Origin: an uncultured bacterium
Lineage (GTDB): Bacteria > Patescibacteriota > Minisyncoccia > UBA6257 > 2-01-FULL-56-20
Length of the DNA: 64,000 nucleotides
Assembly (NCBI GenBank): GCA_963807165.1
Contig: CAWDZM010000001.1
Location: 289,521-353,520, forward strand
Direction of reading: 5' to 3'
Below, one piece after another: positions 8,241 through 19,285 of this stretch. The position numbers and the translations under genes are program-made. Below the pieces are notes generated by a model. It saw only the letters and a list, made by a program, of their open reading frames with translations, had not been told where the DNA came from and did not search any database. How positions within the stretch are numbered: the first letter of the stretch is position 1; every line of letters begins with the position of its first letter.

Positions 8241-10562
8241 TTATTTCGCCACAGCAACCTCCCCTTCCGGCTCCAGCTTGAGCGACACCACCTTTGAGCT
8301 GCCATCTTCTGCGAGCGTGACGCCGTAGAGGATGTTGGCTGCCTCCATCGTGGCGCGGTTGTGCGTGACGACGATGAACTGCGTGCGTTTGGAGAAATCC
8401 TTGAGCATAGTACCGAAGCGGCGAGCGTTGCGCTCGTCGAGCGGCGCGTCGATCTCGTCGAGCACGAGGAATGGCGGCGGGCTGACGGAGACCATCGCAA
8501 AGAGCGCGGCGATGCCGACCAGCGACCGCTCGCCGCCGGAGAGCATATCGAGCGACGTCGTTTTCTTGCGCGGCAGCTTGATCTCGATATCCACGCCGCC
8601 GTTCTTTTCCTGATAGAGCTCGTCTTCGGTCTGCTCGATAGCATCCTTTACATCGCCACCTTCTGCGCTGTCCTCGTCTTCATCTTCCGCCGTGCGCTCA
8701 CTTTTCGGCTTTAACACTTTTAATTTTGCAGAACCGCCATCGAACATCAGCGCAAAGAATTTGGCGAACTCGTCGTTTATTTTGTGGAGTGATTTATCGA
8801 ACTCGGTTTTTATTTTTTCGTTCAGCTCATGCATAAGCGCGGAAAGATCCGCGACCGCCTTGTTGAGATCCTCTGATTCTTTTATTAAAAATGCGTGGCG
8901 GGTGGCCGTATCCTCGGCTTCCTTCATCAACGCCTGATCCACTTCGCCAATGCTCGCCAAGTCGCCGCGCAAGCGGAAGATGCGATGCTCCATGTCTGCG
9001 AAATTGCCCGCAAAACCTGATAGACCGCTCGCGCCGGCGGAGACAGCGTCAGCAAGCGACGCATCGCGGAATTCCTCCGCTTTGCGGCCGGCCTGGTCTA
9101 CTTGGCGCAAGACCTCGTCGCGACGCAGATCGATACGCTCCTTCTCGAGCAACAATTCACGATTGATCTTTTCCCATGCGTCGAGCTTTCCCTGCGCCTG
9201 CTGAACGTCGGCGACCGCGCCCTTGAACGTGGCATAAAACGTTTCCTGACCGGACTCGAGCTCTTTTTCTTTTGAGCGAAGCGATGTGATGCTCTCTTCA
9301 AGCTCGGCGAGATCCTTCGCCGCCGTCTCAAAATCGCGACGCAAGGATTCCGGCACGGCTGCAGCTGCAGCAGATTTTGTATTGCTCTGCACTTCAACTT
9401 CGCGCGGTTCATCTTTTTCCTCGAGCGCAAACGTGATCTCCTCCAACACCGTTTCGATTGCGGCAAGTATCGCAAGCGGCTCCTCGTCGAGCACGGATTC
9501 CAGCTCTGCCTTTATCTTCTGCAACACATCAATGAAATGTTCCGACGAATGGTCTGCAGATGATGCAGCACCGCGGGCGGCGTTGTTCACCACGGCGTGC
9601 TTTGCCATTTCAATCTGCGCCTCAATGCGCCCAACATCCTTTTGCACCTTGCTCCGCGCATCCATCAGCGCCGTCACCTCATCTTTTATCTTCGCCAAGC
9701 GCTTGCGCTCCTCCGGCTGGCTTTCTTCGATCGCCACCTGGCGCGTCTCCGCCGCGCGCTTTTCTTTTTCTAAAATTTCGTACTGTGTGGTGTGCCCCGC
9801 GATGCGCGACTCCACCTGCTCGCCCTTCGCGCGCAACTCATGGAGTTGCGAACCGAAGAACTGGTTCTCGAGCGAGCGCAATTCTTCTTCGAGCGCCCCG
9901 CGGCGTTCCCACCGGCTCGTCTGGCGCTTGAGCGATCGTAAATGCGGCTCTATCTCTTCGACGAGCGCCGTTACTTTGTCAAGATTTATTTTACTGTTTT
10001 TTAATCTCCGCTCAGCGTCAGCTTTTTTGATCTGATATTCGCGCAAGCCCAAAATTTCCTCTATCATTTCGCGACGCTCAAGCGGCGTGGAACGGATAAA
10101 AAGATCGCTATCCCCTTGTCCAATGATGATAAGCCCCTTGGAGCCCAACCGCGCCTTCGCCAAAAAATCGATGAGGTCGCGGAGTAAGATCTCTGACTTA
10201 TTCAAATAATATTTACTTGCACCGTCGCGCGAGATCTGGCGCGAAACGACGACTTCCTCAAAATCCACCGGAAAAAATTTATTCTTGTTCTCAAAATATA
10301 AACTTGCCTGCGCCATGCCGACGCGGGCGCGCTTCTGCGTGCCGGCAAAGATCAAATCCTCCACCTTTGCGCCACGCAAATTCTTTGCATCACGCTCGCC
10401 GAGCAACCATCGCAACGCATCCACGATATTCGATTTGCCGGAACCGTTTGGCCCCACGACCGCCACGATCCCCGCCGGAAATTCCAAAACGGTCTTTCCC
10501 GCAAAGGATTTGAATCCGTTCAGTTCGAGCCGTTTGAGAAAGTGGGATTCGGAAGATGACAT
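8241..10562 (-). CDS. smc: Chromosome partition protein SMC, unusually short (773 aa)
   Basis: The N-terminal Walker A (GPNGSGKSNIVDALRWLLGE) and the C-terminal signature/Walker B (LSGGERSLVGIA...LVLDEIDAPLD) are separated by a coiled-coil of reduced length. Confidence 0.8.
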   Translation of the reverse strand: MSSSESHFLKRLELNGFKSFAGKTVLEFPAGIVAVVGPNGSGKSNIVDALRWLLGERDAKNLRGAKVEDLIFAGTQKRARVGMAQASLYFENKNKFFPVDFEEVVVSRQISRDGASKYYLNKSEILLRDLIDFLAKARLGSKGLIIIGQGDSDLFIRSTPLERREMIEEILGLREYQIKKADAERRLKNSKINLDKVTALVEEIEPHLRSLKRQTSRWERRGALEEELRSLENQFFGSQLHELRAKGEQVESRIAGHTTQYEILEKEKRAAETRQVAIEESQPEERKRLAKIKDEVTALMDARSKVQKDVGRIEAQIEMAKHAVVNNAARGAASSADHSSEHFIDVLQKIKAELESVLDEEPLAILAAIETVLEEITFALEEKDEPREVEVQSNTKSAAAAAVPESLRRDFETAAKDLAELEESITSLRSKEKELESGQETFYATFKGAVADVQQAQGKLDAWEKINRELLLEKERIDLRRDEVLRQVDQAGRKAEEFRDASLADAVSAGASGLSGFAGNFADMEHRIFRLRGDLASIGEVDQALMKEAEDTATRHAFLIKESEDLNKAVADLSALMHELNEKIKTEFDKSLHKINDEFAKFFALMFDGGSAKLKVLKPKSERTAEDEDEDSAEGGDVKDAIEQTEDELYQEKNGGVDIEIKLPRKKTTSLDMLSGGERSLVGIAALFAMVSVSPPPFLVLDEIDAPLDERNARRFGTMLKDFSKRTQFIVVTHNRATMEAANILYGVTLAEDGSSKVVSLKLEPEGEVAVAK

Positions 10563-10593
10563 GATAAAAATTCGCCGGGATTATTTTGCAGGC

Positions 10594-11280
10594 CTATTTG
10601 TGTTTCTTCAGCGCGTTCTTTGCCGCCTCGAGCTCGGCCTCCTGTTTTGAGGGACCGCTCCCATTCGCGATCAGCTTGTCACCATAATAGACGCCCATCG
10701 TAAAAATGCGCTTGTGTGCCGGGCCCACCTCATCGATCATCTGATACGTCGGCGTCAGCTTAAATTTTTCCTGCACCATTTCCTGCAACTCGCTCTTTGC
10801 ATCCTTATACGTTTTATTTTTCAACACCCCGTCGAGATTGCTCATCACGAAATCGTGCACGAACGGCCGCATCTTTTCAAACCCTTGATCGAGATAGATC
10901 GCGCCGATCAGCGCTTCCATCGCATTCGCAAGAATGACCTCGCGCGCCTTGCCGGTGTCCTTCTTTTCGCCGCGCGACATCAAAATAAATTTCTGCATGC
11001 CAAGTTTTTCAGCGACCTTCGCGAGGATCTGATAGTTCACCAGCGCAGCGCGAAACACCGTCAGCTGACCTTCCGGTTCTTTGGGAAATTTCTTAAAGAG
11101 CTCCTCGGAGACGAGGAGTTCGAGCACAGCATCACCCAAATATTCCAAACGCTCATTGTGCGGCAACGGCCAGCGCGGATATTCGTTGAGGTATGAACGG
11201 TGCGTGAGTGCCTCCGTCAAAAGATCCTTATTGATAAACGTGATCCCAATATTTTTTTCTAGTTCGTCTGATGATGCCAT
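10594..11280 (-). CDS. rnc: Ribonuclease III
   Basis: It has the RNase III signature ERLEYLGDAVLEL and a C-terminal dsRBD. Confidence 0.9.
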   Translation of the reverse strand: MASSDELEKNIGITFINKDLLTEALTHRSYLNEYPRWPLPHNERLEYLGDAVLELLVSEELFKKFPKEPEGQLTVFRAALVNYQILAKVAEKLGMQKFILMSRGEKKDTGKAREVILANAMEALIGAIYLDQGFEKMRPFVHDFVMSNLDGVLKNKTYKDAKSELQEMVQEKFKLTPTYQMIDEVGPAHKRIFTMGVYYGDKLIANGSGPSKQEAELEAAKNALKKHK

Positions 11281-11708
11281 TATGATGCAGCGGGTACTTT
11301 CTCCCGATAGACCGTTCCCAACACGCCGTTGATGAACCGCGCGGCGTTCGGACCTCCATAGTTTTTTGCAAGCTCGATCGATTCGTTGATGGCAACTTTC
11401 GGCGGCACTTCATTCGGATCCGCGTAGAGCAACTCATAGAGACCGATGCGCAAAATATTGCGATCGATCACCGCGATCTTTTCGAGCGGCCATTCCGGCG
11501 CGGCGCGACGGATGACAGCATCGATATCTTTCAGATGCACGGCCACGCCCTGCAAGATCTTCCAGCCGAACTCCGGCTCATCAACGCCCGGCGCAAACTC
11601 CGCCATGTTGCGCTCAAGAATGTCGGTGATGTCCTTTTTTTGATTATAAAAATCCCACTCGTAGAGTGACTGCAGGACGACGGTTCGGATTAAGTGCCGT
11701 GTGGCCAT
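11280..11708 (-). CDS. nusB: Transcription antitermination factor NusB
   Basis: NusB-like all-helical 142-aa protein with a conserved Arg-rich N-terminal region. Confidence 0.7.
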   Translation of the reverse strand: MATRHLIRTVVLQSLYEWDFYNQKKDITDILERNMAEFAPGVDEPEFGWKILQGVAVHLKDIDAVIRRAAPEWPLEKIAVIDRNILRIGLYELLYADPNEVPPKVAINESIELAKNYGGPNAARFINGVLGTVYREKVPAAS

Positions 11709-11760
11709 GATTAGGAAAGAACAATTTCTGCAAAGAGCGACTGCTTCATAGTGCTATGTG

Positions 11761-11913
11761 TTACATTTTTCCGCACTGCGCGCATGTCCGATGCGCGACC
11801 CGCGGTGCTCCGCAATTTTTGCAGACCAATAACTTGCGCTTCTTCATCGCGAGATGCGAGCGCCGGTTTCCGGTCTTACTCCTGGTATGATGCTTAGTTG
11901 GTACGCCACCCAT
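11761..11913 (-). CDS. rpmF: 50S ribosomal protein L32 (bL32)
   Basis: My own translation: MGGVPTKHHTRSKTGNRRSHLAMKKRKLLVCKNCGAPRVAHRTCAQCGKM. It matches the bL32 pattern of VPKRR-type basic N-terminus, SH, and a CxxC...CxxC zinc ribbon. It is absent from the ORF track because it is under 60 aa. Confidence 0.7.
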   Translation of the reverse strand: MGGVPTKHHTRSKTGNRRSHLAMKKRKLLVCKNCGAPRVAHRTCAQCGKM

Positions 11914-11933
11914 AAAAATGATTAAAAGTTAAT

Positions 11934-12593
11934 TTATCTGTTCATTTTAGGACGCGGGGCCAAAAAAGTCAACCGGTGCGCGGCGCACGGGCCATTTTTC
12001 TTGAGCGCCCGCATGTGGGCGGCGGTGCCATAGCCCTTATGGATATTAAAGCCGTATTGCGGATATTGCTTAACCAACCGGACCATACACCGATCGCGCG
12101 ACACCTTGGCGATGATAGATGCTGCGGCGACCGCGGGAAATTTCTCGTCCGCTTTGATAACTGTCCTGGCGTTGATCCTCTCTTTCATGCCCGGCATGAC
12201 AGCTTTTTGTTGACGCACCTTACTCCCGATGTACAGCCCGCCGTCGAGATACACCTCCGTACCTCGCGGCATTTTATGTTTTTTTAATAATCGCAAAAGG
12301 GCGCTCTCCGCGGCGCGGTTCGCAGCGGCGGAAATATTCAAGCGCTCTATCCCGCGCGGGTATACACGCGCCAGCGCAAAATATACGCCGGGGCTAGCTC
12401 GAAGCTCCTTCGCCAAAATCTCCCGCCGCGGCGCGGAGAGTTTTTTAGAATCTTTTAATGCGCGGAACGGGGCGTGCGCAACGCGGCCGCGTGAGTCGAG
12501 CGTGAGCGCGGCGGCGGCGACCACCACCGGCCCTGCCAACGCGCCACGCCCCACTTCATCGATGCCGATCATCCACGTTACCCGCGACATCAA
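11934..12593 (-). CDS. rnhB: Ribonuclease HII
   Basis: MIGIDEVGRGALAGPVVVAA is the RNase HII N-terminal catalytic motif. The exact start is uncertain. Confidence 0.85.
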   Translation of the reverse strand: MMSRVTWMIGIDEVGRGALAGPVVVAAAALTLDSRGRVAHAPFRALKDSKKLSAPRREILAKELRASPGVYFALARVYPRGIERLNISAAANRAAESALLRLLKKHKMPRGTEVYLDGGLYIGSKVRQQKAVMPGMKERINARTVIKADEKFPAVAAASIIAKVSRDRCMVRLVKQYPQYGFNIHKGYGTAAHMRALKKNGPCAAHRLTFLAPRPKMNR

Positions 12594-13045
12594 AAACTCG
12601 TTCCTGTTCCCAAATTATTTACATCACTAATGGACTGCTGAACATATCCCTGCAATTGAACAATACTCCACCAGAAAAAAATAATGCTTGAAATAATAAG
12701 CAATGCAAGAGCAATATATCCTATCTGTTTCGCTCGCGGATCCACAGAGCGCATATATTTAATCCCCTGCCATTTAGTAATCGCAAGATAAAAAATTATG
12801 GGGAGCACGATACTAAAACCATAGAGCAACAGCTGATCCATAACGCCGGTGCCGAGCGGAGCCTCAGTCAGTTTGGCGCCGCAGTTGGGACAGAAATAAT
12901 ATTCCGGCTTTACGGGAAAATGACATTGCGGGCATATCTGCGGTCCAAAAGTCGTCGGTTCCATAACAGGAACGGCGGGAGTAGAGACCGGCGTCTGCAT
13001 AGGCGATTGAGATGGCGGCTGCGGCGGCAACGGTATTTCATCCAT
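12590..13045 (-). CDS. Hypothetical membrane protein with an N-terminal zinc ribbon (CPQC...CPNC)
   Basis: 151 aa, with a Pro-rich N-terminus, two CxxC pairs and two TM helices. Confidence 0.45.
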   Translation of the reverse strand: MDEIPLPPQPPSQSPMQTPVSTPAVPVMEPTTFGPQICPQCHFPVKPEYYFCPNCGAKLTEAPLGTGVMDQLLLYGFSIVLPIIFYLAITKWQGIKYMRSVDPRAKQIGYIALALLIISSIIFFWWSIVQLQGYVQQSISDVNNLGTGTSF

Positions 13046-13223
13046 ATAAATTTATTCTACCATTTTTACCGCCGCAGCCGCCAAAATCTAATGTGGTCGG
13101 CGTACCTCTGCCGTCTTTAAATGCGGCAGTTCGCGATACGAAGCCGACGGCCTGTTCTCAAAAAAAAGCCCGCGCGATCTGGTTGGATCGTACGGGCAAG
13201 ACGGGAGAACAGGAGTGCAATGC

Positions 13224-14081
13224 TTATTGCTTAAGTGATTCGCTCGGCGCGGGCATGAGGGTCGGGATCGGAGCTGACCCCGGTTTTTCCAATGAGACGT
13301 CAGCGGGTTGCTGACCATCTTTGCGCGCCTGGTCGAAGTTCAGCGCGATATGCGTCACGTGACCGGCGCGCACCGCAACGGACATAGCAATTTCTTGTCC
13401 GCCCTTGATCCTGACGGTGATGTCATGGTCTCCAGGTCCGAGGAGTAATACTTTACCCCTCCCCAAACCGGAAAAGTTTTTTACCCGGCCGTTTGTGGCG
13501 CCATCTCCATCGAGAAGGACGTTTCCATTTTCCACAGCCTTCCGCTCATCCTTCGGAATCTGGTCGAGGTCAAACTTGATACCCGACAGATCAGAAGGTT
13601 CTCCAACGGAGTATTGGTAACCATATCCATAGGATCCGTAGTACCAGAACCCTGGATAGAATCCCATAGAGTAATACCAGCCGGGGCCGTACGACACTCC
13701 CCAGAAGAATCCGCCGGGCCACCATCCGCGATGATGGAATGTTCCCGTAGCAACATAATTGCCGTTGCCATGGAATTCATTCACGGGGCGGTTGGTGACG
13801 AACGTTCTCGGAGAGACGCTGGCGTTATTCCTTGGTTGGTTGTGGCCGCGAGGGATCGCTTGATTCCTCGGTTGGTTGTGGTTGCTGTTGCTGTGGTTGC
13901 TGTTGTTGCGTGGCGCGCGGACAGTATTGCCGGCGCTTCTTGTAGCGCCGCCTGTGCTTCGCGCACCACCGCCGCTCGATGAAGATCCGCCGCGGGATCC
14001 GCCACCACCGCGCTGCGCCTCTGCCGCGAACGGCAGAAGAGCGAGCAATGTCACCATTACCGCAATCATTCTGATTTTCAT
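13224..14081 (-). CDS. Secreted low-complexity Gly/Ser/Asn/Tyr-rich protein with a signal peptide
   Basis: N-terminal signal peptide MKIRMIAVMVTLLALLPFAAEA, a long G/S/N-rich region, a GY-rich block and a C-terminal globular part. Confidence 0.5.
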   Translation of the reverse strand: MKIRMIAVMVTLLALLPFAAEAQRGGGGSRGGSSSSGGGARSTGGATRSAGNTVRAPRNNSNHSNSNHNQPRNQAIPRGHNQPRNNASVSPRTFVTNRPVNEFHGNGNYVATGTFHHRGWWPGGFFWGVSYGPGWYYSMGFYPGFWYYGSYGYGYQYSVGEPSDLSGIKFDLDQIPKDERKAVENGNVLLDGDGATNGRVKNFSGLGRGKVLLLGPGDHDITVRIKGGQEIAMSVAVRAGHVTHIALNFDQARKDGQQPADVSLEKPGSAPIPTLMPAPSESLKQ

Positions 14082-14328
14082 AACCCCTTCACTGCCTTTG
14101 TGATGTTCTTCGCTTCTGAGGTGCTTTACGGCTTTGTCTGGTTATTACTCACAGTTCTTGGATCTGTTTTCCAGTTCTATTTTTGAAACAATTCCGCATG
14201 GGTCTGCATACCGAATATTCGGCGAAAGCGCCGGGAACCAATCCGTCGGTTGCACAATATCCTTTTACGATTGATATGTGCAGGGTTAGAGAAGTAAAAA
14301 TAGAATGGATGACTTTTTCCGCGCGCTG

Positions 14329-14402
14329 TGCCCCCACCTGGATTTGAACCAGGGACCATCTCCTTAAAAGGGAGCTGCTCTACCAGACTGAGCTATAGGG
14401 GC
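14329..14402 (-). tRNA. tRNA-Lys (anticodon TTT)
   Basis: Reverse complement GCCCCTATAGCTCAGTCTGGTAGAGCAGCTCCCTTTTAAGGAG...GGTTCAAATCC...GGGGGCA forms a canonical cloverleaf with anticodon loop CTTTTAA. Confidence 0.85.
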
Positions 14403-14454
14403 AATTCCTGCTAATAGTAGTGAAAATCGTCAGAAATTTCAACCGGGCGTGGCG

Positions 14455-14838
14455 TTATTTTCTTTTCGCGCGATATTCGTTCTTAATCTTGAGATACGCC
14501 TCCTGCGTTCCATGCTCACTTTTATTTTTTCGCATAAGCCGTGCAGGATATTTTTTCTTAACGCGCGCGAGCTTCGCGCGGATGATCTTTTCGGAATCAA
14601 GATCCAACAACACCGCCATCTCGATTGCATATAAGAACACGTCGGCAAGCTCGCCTTTCAGTTTTTCCAATTTCTCCTTATCTTTTTTTGTGCCTTCGAT
14701 ATCCAAACTCTGCCACTGGAAAAGTTCCAGTAGTTCGGCGGCTTCGATTGATATGGACTTTGCAATATCGGACGGGCGAAGCATGTGCCAATTTCTCGCC
14801 TTTAGATACGCCTTGATGTCTTTCTCTAATTTCTTCAT
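14455..14838 (-). CDS. MazG-like nucleotide pyrophosphohydrolase
   Basis: It has the EExxE metal-binding motif (IEAAELLELFQW) and a second E-rich helix (ELADVFLYAIEMA). Confidence 0.65.
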   Translation of the reverse strand: MKKLEKDIKAYLKARNWHMLRPSDIAKSISIEAAELLELFQWQSLDIEGTKKDKEKLEKLKGELADVFLYAIEMAVLLDLDSEKIIRAKLARVKKKYPARLMRKNKSEHGTQEAYLKIKNEYRAKRK

Positions 14839-14847
14839 GCCTGTTTA

Positions 14848-15258
14848 TTATGCCTTCTTACGGAACACCGTCAAGCCGGCGCGTTTTGAGTAGCCACACT
14901 TTGCGGCGAACGCGAAGTTTTTGCGCTCAGTTTCAAAATAGATCGATGTGCCCTTCACCGCCGCGGCAAGCTTCTTCATCATCGCCTGCCCCAACCCCTG
15001 GCGCTGATATTCCGGCGTGATGATAAGATCGAGCACTTTCGTATCAATCGCAAAGTCGGAGAGCGCGCGGCCGATGGCGACGAGCTCGCCGTCGGCGTTC
15101 CGCGCGGAGACGACAATATCGCACTGCGCAAGCGAGTGCTTCATGCGCTCTGCAGAATATTGCTTCATCGTCCCCCAACCGAGCTCTCTATAGAGCGCCG
15201 CCGCCTCGGCGGGCTTCACCATTTTTTTATCGGTCGAAATAATAATGCCACGCTCCAT
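14848..15258 (-). CDS. GNAT family N-acetyltransferase
   Basis: It has the acetyl-CoA binding motif YQRQGLGQAMM. Confidence 0.7.
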   Translation of the reverse strand: MERGIIISTDKKMVKPAEAAALYRELGWGTMKQYSAERMKHSLAQCDIVVSARNADGELVAIGRALSDFAIDTKVLDLIITPEYQRQGLGQAMMKKLAAAVKGTSIYFETERKNFAFAAKCGYSKRAGLTVFRKKA

Positions 15259-15278
15259 AAAAATCGTACTGAAAAAAA

Positions 15279-16343
15279 TTACTGTTCTTTTTCAAGCTTC
15301 TCCAACAATTCTTTTTCCTTCGAACCCGGCTTCTTCGGCGCCTTGATCACAAAACTGACGAGTAAGTCGCCGCGCGCGCGAGAACCGATGTGCGGCATGC
15401 CCTGCCCGCTGATCCGTAAATGTTCCTTAAGATTGAACCCTGCCGGAATCTCCACCGTGATCGTGCCGCCGGAGATGACCGGCACCGCGATCGCTTTGCC
15501 GAGGAGCACATCAATCAATTTGAGTTCCTTCGTGACAATAAGATCACTGCCATGCCGTGCGAACGCGGCGCTCGGGCGCACGCGCACGCGCACGTAAAGA
15601 TCACCCGCAGCAGTACCGCGCTCACCAGCCTCGCCCATCCCCTTCACTTTAATGATCTGGTTGTCGTCGATGCCCGCCATGATGTCGATCTTGATCTCGC
15701 AATCGGATTCCACACGGCCGGCGCCGCGGCACGTGGCGCACGGTTTTTTTGGCACCTCGCCCGCGCCATGACACTGTGCGCACGTCTTCACCTGCGAGAA
15801 GCTGCCGAAAAATGTCCGGCGTTGTTCGCGCACCTGACCTTGGCCGTCGCACGTGGAACATTTTTCAAAACCACTGCCCGGTTCCGCGCCTTTGCCGCCG
15901 CACTTTGCGCAATGCACCAACGTCCTCAGGCGCACCGTCTTCACCGTGCCGGCGAATGCTTCCTCCAGCGTGATCTGCTCTTGCATCTCAAGATCGGAAC
16001 CCTTTTCGTACGTCTTGCGACGCGGCTGCCCGCCGCCAAAAAAACTTTCGAAGATGTCGCCGAAATCACCCATATCGCCAAACTGCGACGGATCGAAACC
16101 GCCAAAGCCGCCGCCTGCGCCGCCGAATCCTCCCATCGGATCCGCCGTGCCAAAGCGATCGTATTGCGCACGCTTATTTTTATCCGAAAGCACCTGGTAC
16201 GCCTCGTTGATCTCCTTGAACTTCGCCTCATTACCACCGGCCTTATCCGGATGGTGCTGATGAGCCATTTTGCGATACGCCTTTTTGACCTCCTCCTCCG
16301 AGGCAGTTTTTGCTATCCCTAAAATGGTGTAATAATCCTTCAT
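15279..16343 (-). CDS. dnaJ: Chaperone DnaJ
   Basis: J domain (HPD), G/F region and four CxxCxGxG zinc-finger repeats. Confidence 0.9.
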   Translation of the reverse strand: MKDYYTILGIAKTASEEEVKKAYRKMAHQHHPDKAGGNEAKFKEINEAYQVLSDKNKRAQYDRFGTADPMGGFGGAGGGFGGFDPSQFGDMGDFGDIFESFFGGGQPRRKTYEKGSDLEMQEQITLEEAFAGTVKTVRLRTLVHCAKCGGKGAEPGSGFEKCSTCDGQGQVREQRRTFFGSFSQVKTCAQCHGAGEVPKKPCATCRGAGRVESDCEIKIDIMAGIDDNQIIKVKGMGEAGERGTAAGDLYVRVRVRPSAAFARHGSDLIVTKELKLIDVLLGKAIAVPVISGGTITVEIPAGFNLKEHLRISGQGMPHIGSRARGDLLVSFVIKAPKKPGSKEKELLEKLEKEQ

Positions 16344-16361
16344 TACCTTTTTCTAAAAAAA

Positions 16362-17405
16362 TTAGTAGCCGAGAATTTCGCGCTGGCGCGTTTCTTCGGA
16401 TATTTTCATAAAGCCCGACGCGAGCAGGATCTCATAAAAGATGAGCGAAACAAATTGCGCGAGCCACACAAAAAGGATACCGAGCGTGCGCAAACCGATA
16501 AAGAGCACCGTCACCCAGCCAATATCGAACCATCCCGAAGACTGGCTCTGCCATGCATTCAGCACTCCGTCGAGAACATTATAGAACGCATCGCTCGTGG
16601 GAGACGATGTGGCGACGGGCTGTATCGCACTCTGAAGAAAGCTCTGCGTGAACTGCGCCGTCTCCTGTTGCACCGCGGCATTCTGTTGCGCAGCGCTCAA
16701 GCTTTGAAAGCTGGGATTATTTGCGAGCTCCATCTCCGAAACGCTTTGCGCAAAGTTGCCGAACGAACCGTTCAATGAAAGTTCCGGGTAGAATCCATTC
16801 ACCAAGCCAGAGGTCCAATCAAAAAATGTGCGGAAGCTTTGCCGCGAGATCACAAGCGCATTGCCGCCGATCTGTGGAACATACGCAAGGATCATAAAGA
16901 GCAATACTGCGGTCGTAAACTTGCCGAGCATATCCCCGCTCACACCGAAGAATGGCACCTGGATCGCATTCTGCATGCGCCCGTGCGCAGAAAAATGTCC
17001 CCACACCAACATGATCAACATGATGAGCCCGATGATTCCGAGCACACGCGCATCATCCTTCCAAAAGAAGCAAAGCATCGCTGCCGTTTCAAGAACGATA
17101 ATGAAGAAACTCCGCCATCCACTTTTTGAGAGGAAGACCTCCATGACGGATGCAACGCCAAAGAACATCACCGCGGCGAGCAGAAGCCACACCGAAACTC
17201 CTTGTGTAAGATAGCGGTAATAGAGATAGCCAAAGAGCGTAGCGGAAAGCACCGCCACCGCATCAAGCGCAAGCGTGCGCCAAAACCCCGCGCCGCGCGG
17301 GGCAGAGGTGTCGATCTTAGACTGATCGATCAGGTTCTGGTCCTGCCCCACCGGACTCACCGGTTGGCGCTGATCCGTCCCCGCCATTATCGCTTTGAGG
17401 TCCAT
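16362..17405 (-). CDS. Hypothetical polytopic membrane protein inside the dnaK-dnaJ operon
   Basis: Multiple TM helices and a Q-rich C-terminal region. The start is uncertain because the ORF overlaps the dnaK 3' end. Confidence 0.5.
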   Translation of the reverse strand: MDLKAIMAGTDQRQPVSPVGQDQNLIDQSKIDTSAPRGAGFWRTLALDAVAVLSATLFGYLYYRYLTQGVSVWLLLAAVMFFGVASVMEVFLSKSGWRSFFIIVLETAAMLCFFWKDDARVLGIIGLIMLIMLVWGHFSAHGRMQNAIQVPFFGVSGDMLGKFTTAVLLFMILAYVPQIGGNALVISRQSFRTFFDWTSGLVNGFYPELSLNGSFGNFAQSVSEMELANNPSFQSLSAAQQNAAVQQETAQFTQSFLQSAIQPVATSSPTSDAFYNVLDGVLNAWQSQSSGWFDIGWVTVLFIGLRTLGILFVWLAQFVSLIFYEILLASGFMKISEETRQREILGY

Positions 17406-19269
17406 TGGTATTATTATACGCCGCTTGTCCGATCTTTTGTATCTCCGTCGAAAGTGCTTCAATCGCGGATTTGATCGCCGCTTCATCTTCACCGTCCTTT
17501 ACCGCCTTGAGTGCTGTCAATTTTTCTTCAATACCCGCTTTGATATCCGCAGGCAATTTATCTCCCGCATCCTTAACGGATTTCTCTGCAAGGTACACGA
17601 TCGACTCCGCCTGATTGCGCACTTCAATGAGCGCCTTCTTTTTTTCATCTTCCACCGCATGCTCAGCGGCATCCTTTTTCAATTTTTCAATTTCTTCTTT
17701 AGAAAGATTGCTTGACGCCTCCACTTTAACGGACTGCACCTTGCCGCTCGCCTTATCTTTTGCCGAGACGTTCAAGATGCCGTTCGCGTCGATGTCGAAC
17801 GTGACCTCCACCTGCGGAATGCCACGCGGCGACGGCGGGATACCATCGAGAATGAACTTCGCGAGCGTCTTATTGTCGCCGGCCATCGGACGCTCGCCTT
17901 GCAACACATGTACCTCCACGGACGTCTGGTTGTCCGCGGCCGTGCTGAACACCTGCGACTTTGCCGTCGGCACCGTCGTGTTCTTTGGGATCATCGGCGT
18001 CGCAACGCCGCCATAGGTTTCAATACTCAAGCCCAATGGCGTGACATCGAGTAAAAGAATATCCTTCACTTCGCCTTCCGTCTTGCGACCCTCCGCCTTC
18101 GCGGCGAGGATCTCTCCCTGAATACCCGCGCCGAGCGCCACCACCTCATCCGGATTAATTCCCTGATGCGGTTCCTTGCCGAACAACGCCTTCACCGCAT
18201 CCTGCATCGCTGGCATACGCGTCTGTCCGCCGACGAGGATCACTTCCGCAATCTCGCTCAATTGATATCCGGCGCCCTTCGGCGCGGGCGATGTTACCGT
18301 CTCCTTCGTCAACTGAATCGAGCGGTCGATATATTCCTGGACGAGATCAACGAGCTTCGCGCGTGTCATCTTAATCTGGAAATGCTTCGGCCCGTTTGCG
18401 TCACTCGAAATGTATGGGATGTTGATCTCTGTTTCCACCGCAGTCGAGAGCTCATGCTTCGCGCGCTCGGCGGCTTCCTTCAACCGCTGAACCGCAAGCG
18501 GATCCTTCGAGATATCGATGCCTTCCTGCTTTTTATACTCACCCACCAAATATTCTTGGATTTTTTTGTCGAAGTCGTCGCCGCCGAGGTGCGTGTCGCC
18601 GCCGGTCGCGCGAACTTCTACCGTCTGCTCTTTTGATTCGGCATCATATCCCATTTCCAAAACAGACACGTCGAATGTGCCTCCCCCGAAATCGTAGACG
18701 ACGATCTTCTGGTTCTTTTCTTTGTTCACGCCATACGCGAACGCGGCTGCCGTCGGCTCGTTCAAGATGCGATCCACTTTCAAGCCCGCGATCTCGCCGG
18801 CGTTCTTCGTCGCCTGGCGCTGGGAATCGTCAAAGTATGCAGGCACGGTGATCACCGCTTCGGTGATTTTCTCGCCGAGCTTTGCTTCGGCATCAGCCTT
18901 CAACTTGCTCAGAATGAATGCGGAAATCTCTTCCGGCGAAAACCATTTGTCGCCCATCTTCACTTCCACGCCGCCCGTCGCGCCCGCGCGGATTTCGTAC
19001 GGCAACCACGCTTTATCGCGCTGGACCTCCGGATCCGTAAACTTGCGACCGATCAAGCGCTTGACTGAAAAGATCGTGTTCGTCGGATTCGTTACCGACT
19101 GCCGCTTCGCGAGCAATCCCACCAGCCGCTCCCCGCCTTTTGAGAGCGCCACGATCGAAGGCGTCGTGCGATTGCCCTCGGCGTTTTCCAAAATCTGCAA
19201 CTCGCCGTTCTTCATGACGGAGACGGCAGAGTTCGTTGTTCCCAAATCTATTCCTATAATTTTTGCCAT
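17317..19269 (-). CDS. dnaK: Chaperone DnaK (Hsp70)
   Basis: [17 protein letters not shown]-terminus, DLGGGTFD, and the full Hsp70 architecture. Confidence 0.95.
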   Translation of the reverse strand: MAKIIGIDLGTTNSAVSVMKNGELQILENAEGNRTTPSIVALSKGGERLVGLLAKRQSVTNPTNTIFSVKRLIGRKFTDPEVQRDKAWLPYEIRAGATGGVEVKMGDKWFSPEEISAFILSKLKADAEAKLGEKITEAVITVPAYFDDSQRQATKNAGEIAGLKVDRILNEPTAAAFAYGVNKEKNQKIVVYDFGGGTFDVSVLEMGYDAESKEQTVEVRATGGDTHLGGDDFDKKIQEYLVGEYKKQEGIDISKDPLAVQRLKEAAERAKHELSTAVETEINIPYISSDANGPKHFQIKMTRAKLVDLVQEYIDRSIQLTKETVTSPAPKGAGYQLSEIAEVILVGGQTRMPAMQDAVKALFGKEPHQGINPDEVVALGAGIQGEILAAKAEGRKTEGEVKDILLLDVTPLGLSIETYGGVATPMIPKNTTVPTAKSQVFSTAADNQTSVEVHVLQGERPMAGDNKTLAKFILDGIPPSPRGIPQVEVTFDIDANGILNVSAKDKASGKVQSVKVEASSNLSKEEIEKLKKDAAEHAVEDEKKKALIEVRNQAESIVYLAEKSVKDAGDKLPADIKAGIEEKLTALKAVKDGEDEAAIKSAIEALSTEIQKIGQAAYNNTNGPQSDNGGDGSAPTGESGGAGPEPDRSV

Positions 19270-19285
19270 ATTATTTTTATAATGA

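Noticed and set aside
8120-10035. Long antisense or alternative-frame ORFs overlapping smc (8120..8644, 8361..8714, 9286..10035, 9560..9931)
   Set aside because: They lie on the opposite strand or frame of a well-supported conserved gene. Their products are low-complexity (R/S/A-rich), as expected for shadow ORFs in GC-rich coding DNA.
15420-16322. 300-aa plus-strand ORF antisense to dnaJ
   Set aside because: Shadow ORF opposite a conserved chaperone gene, with no motifs.
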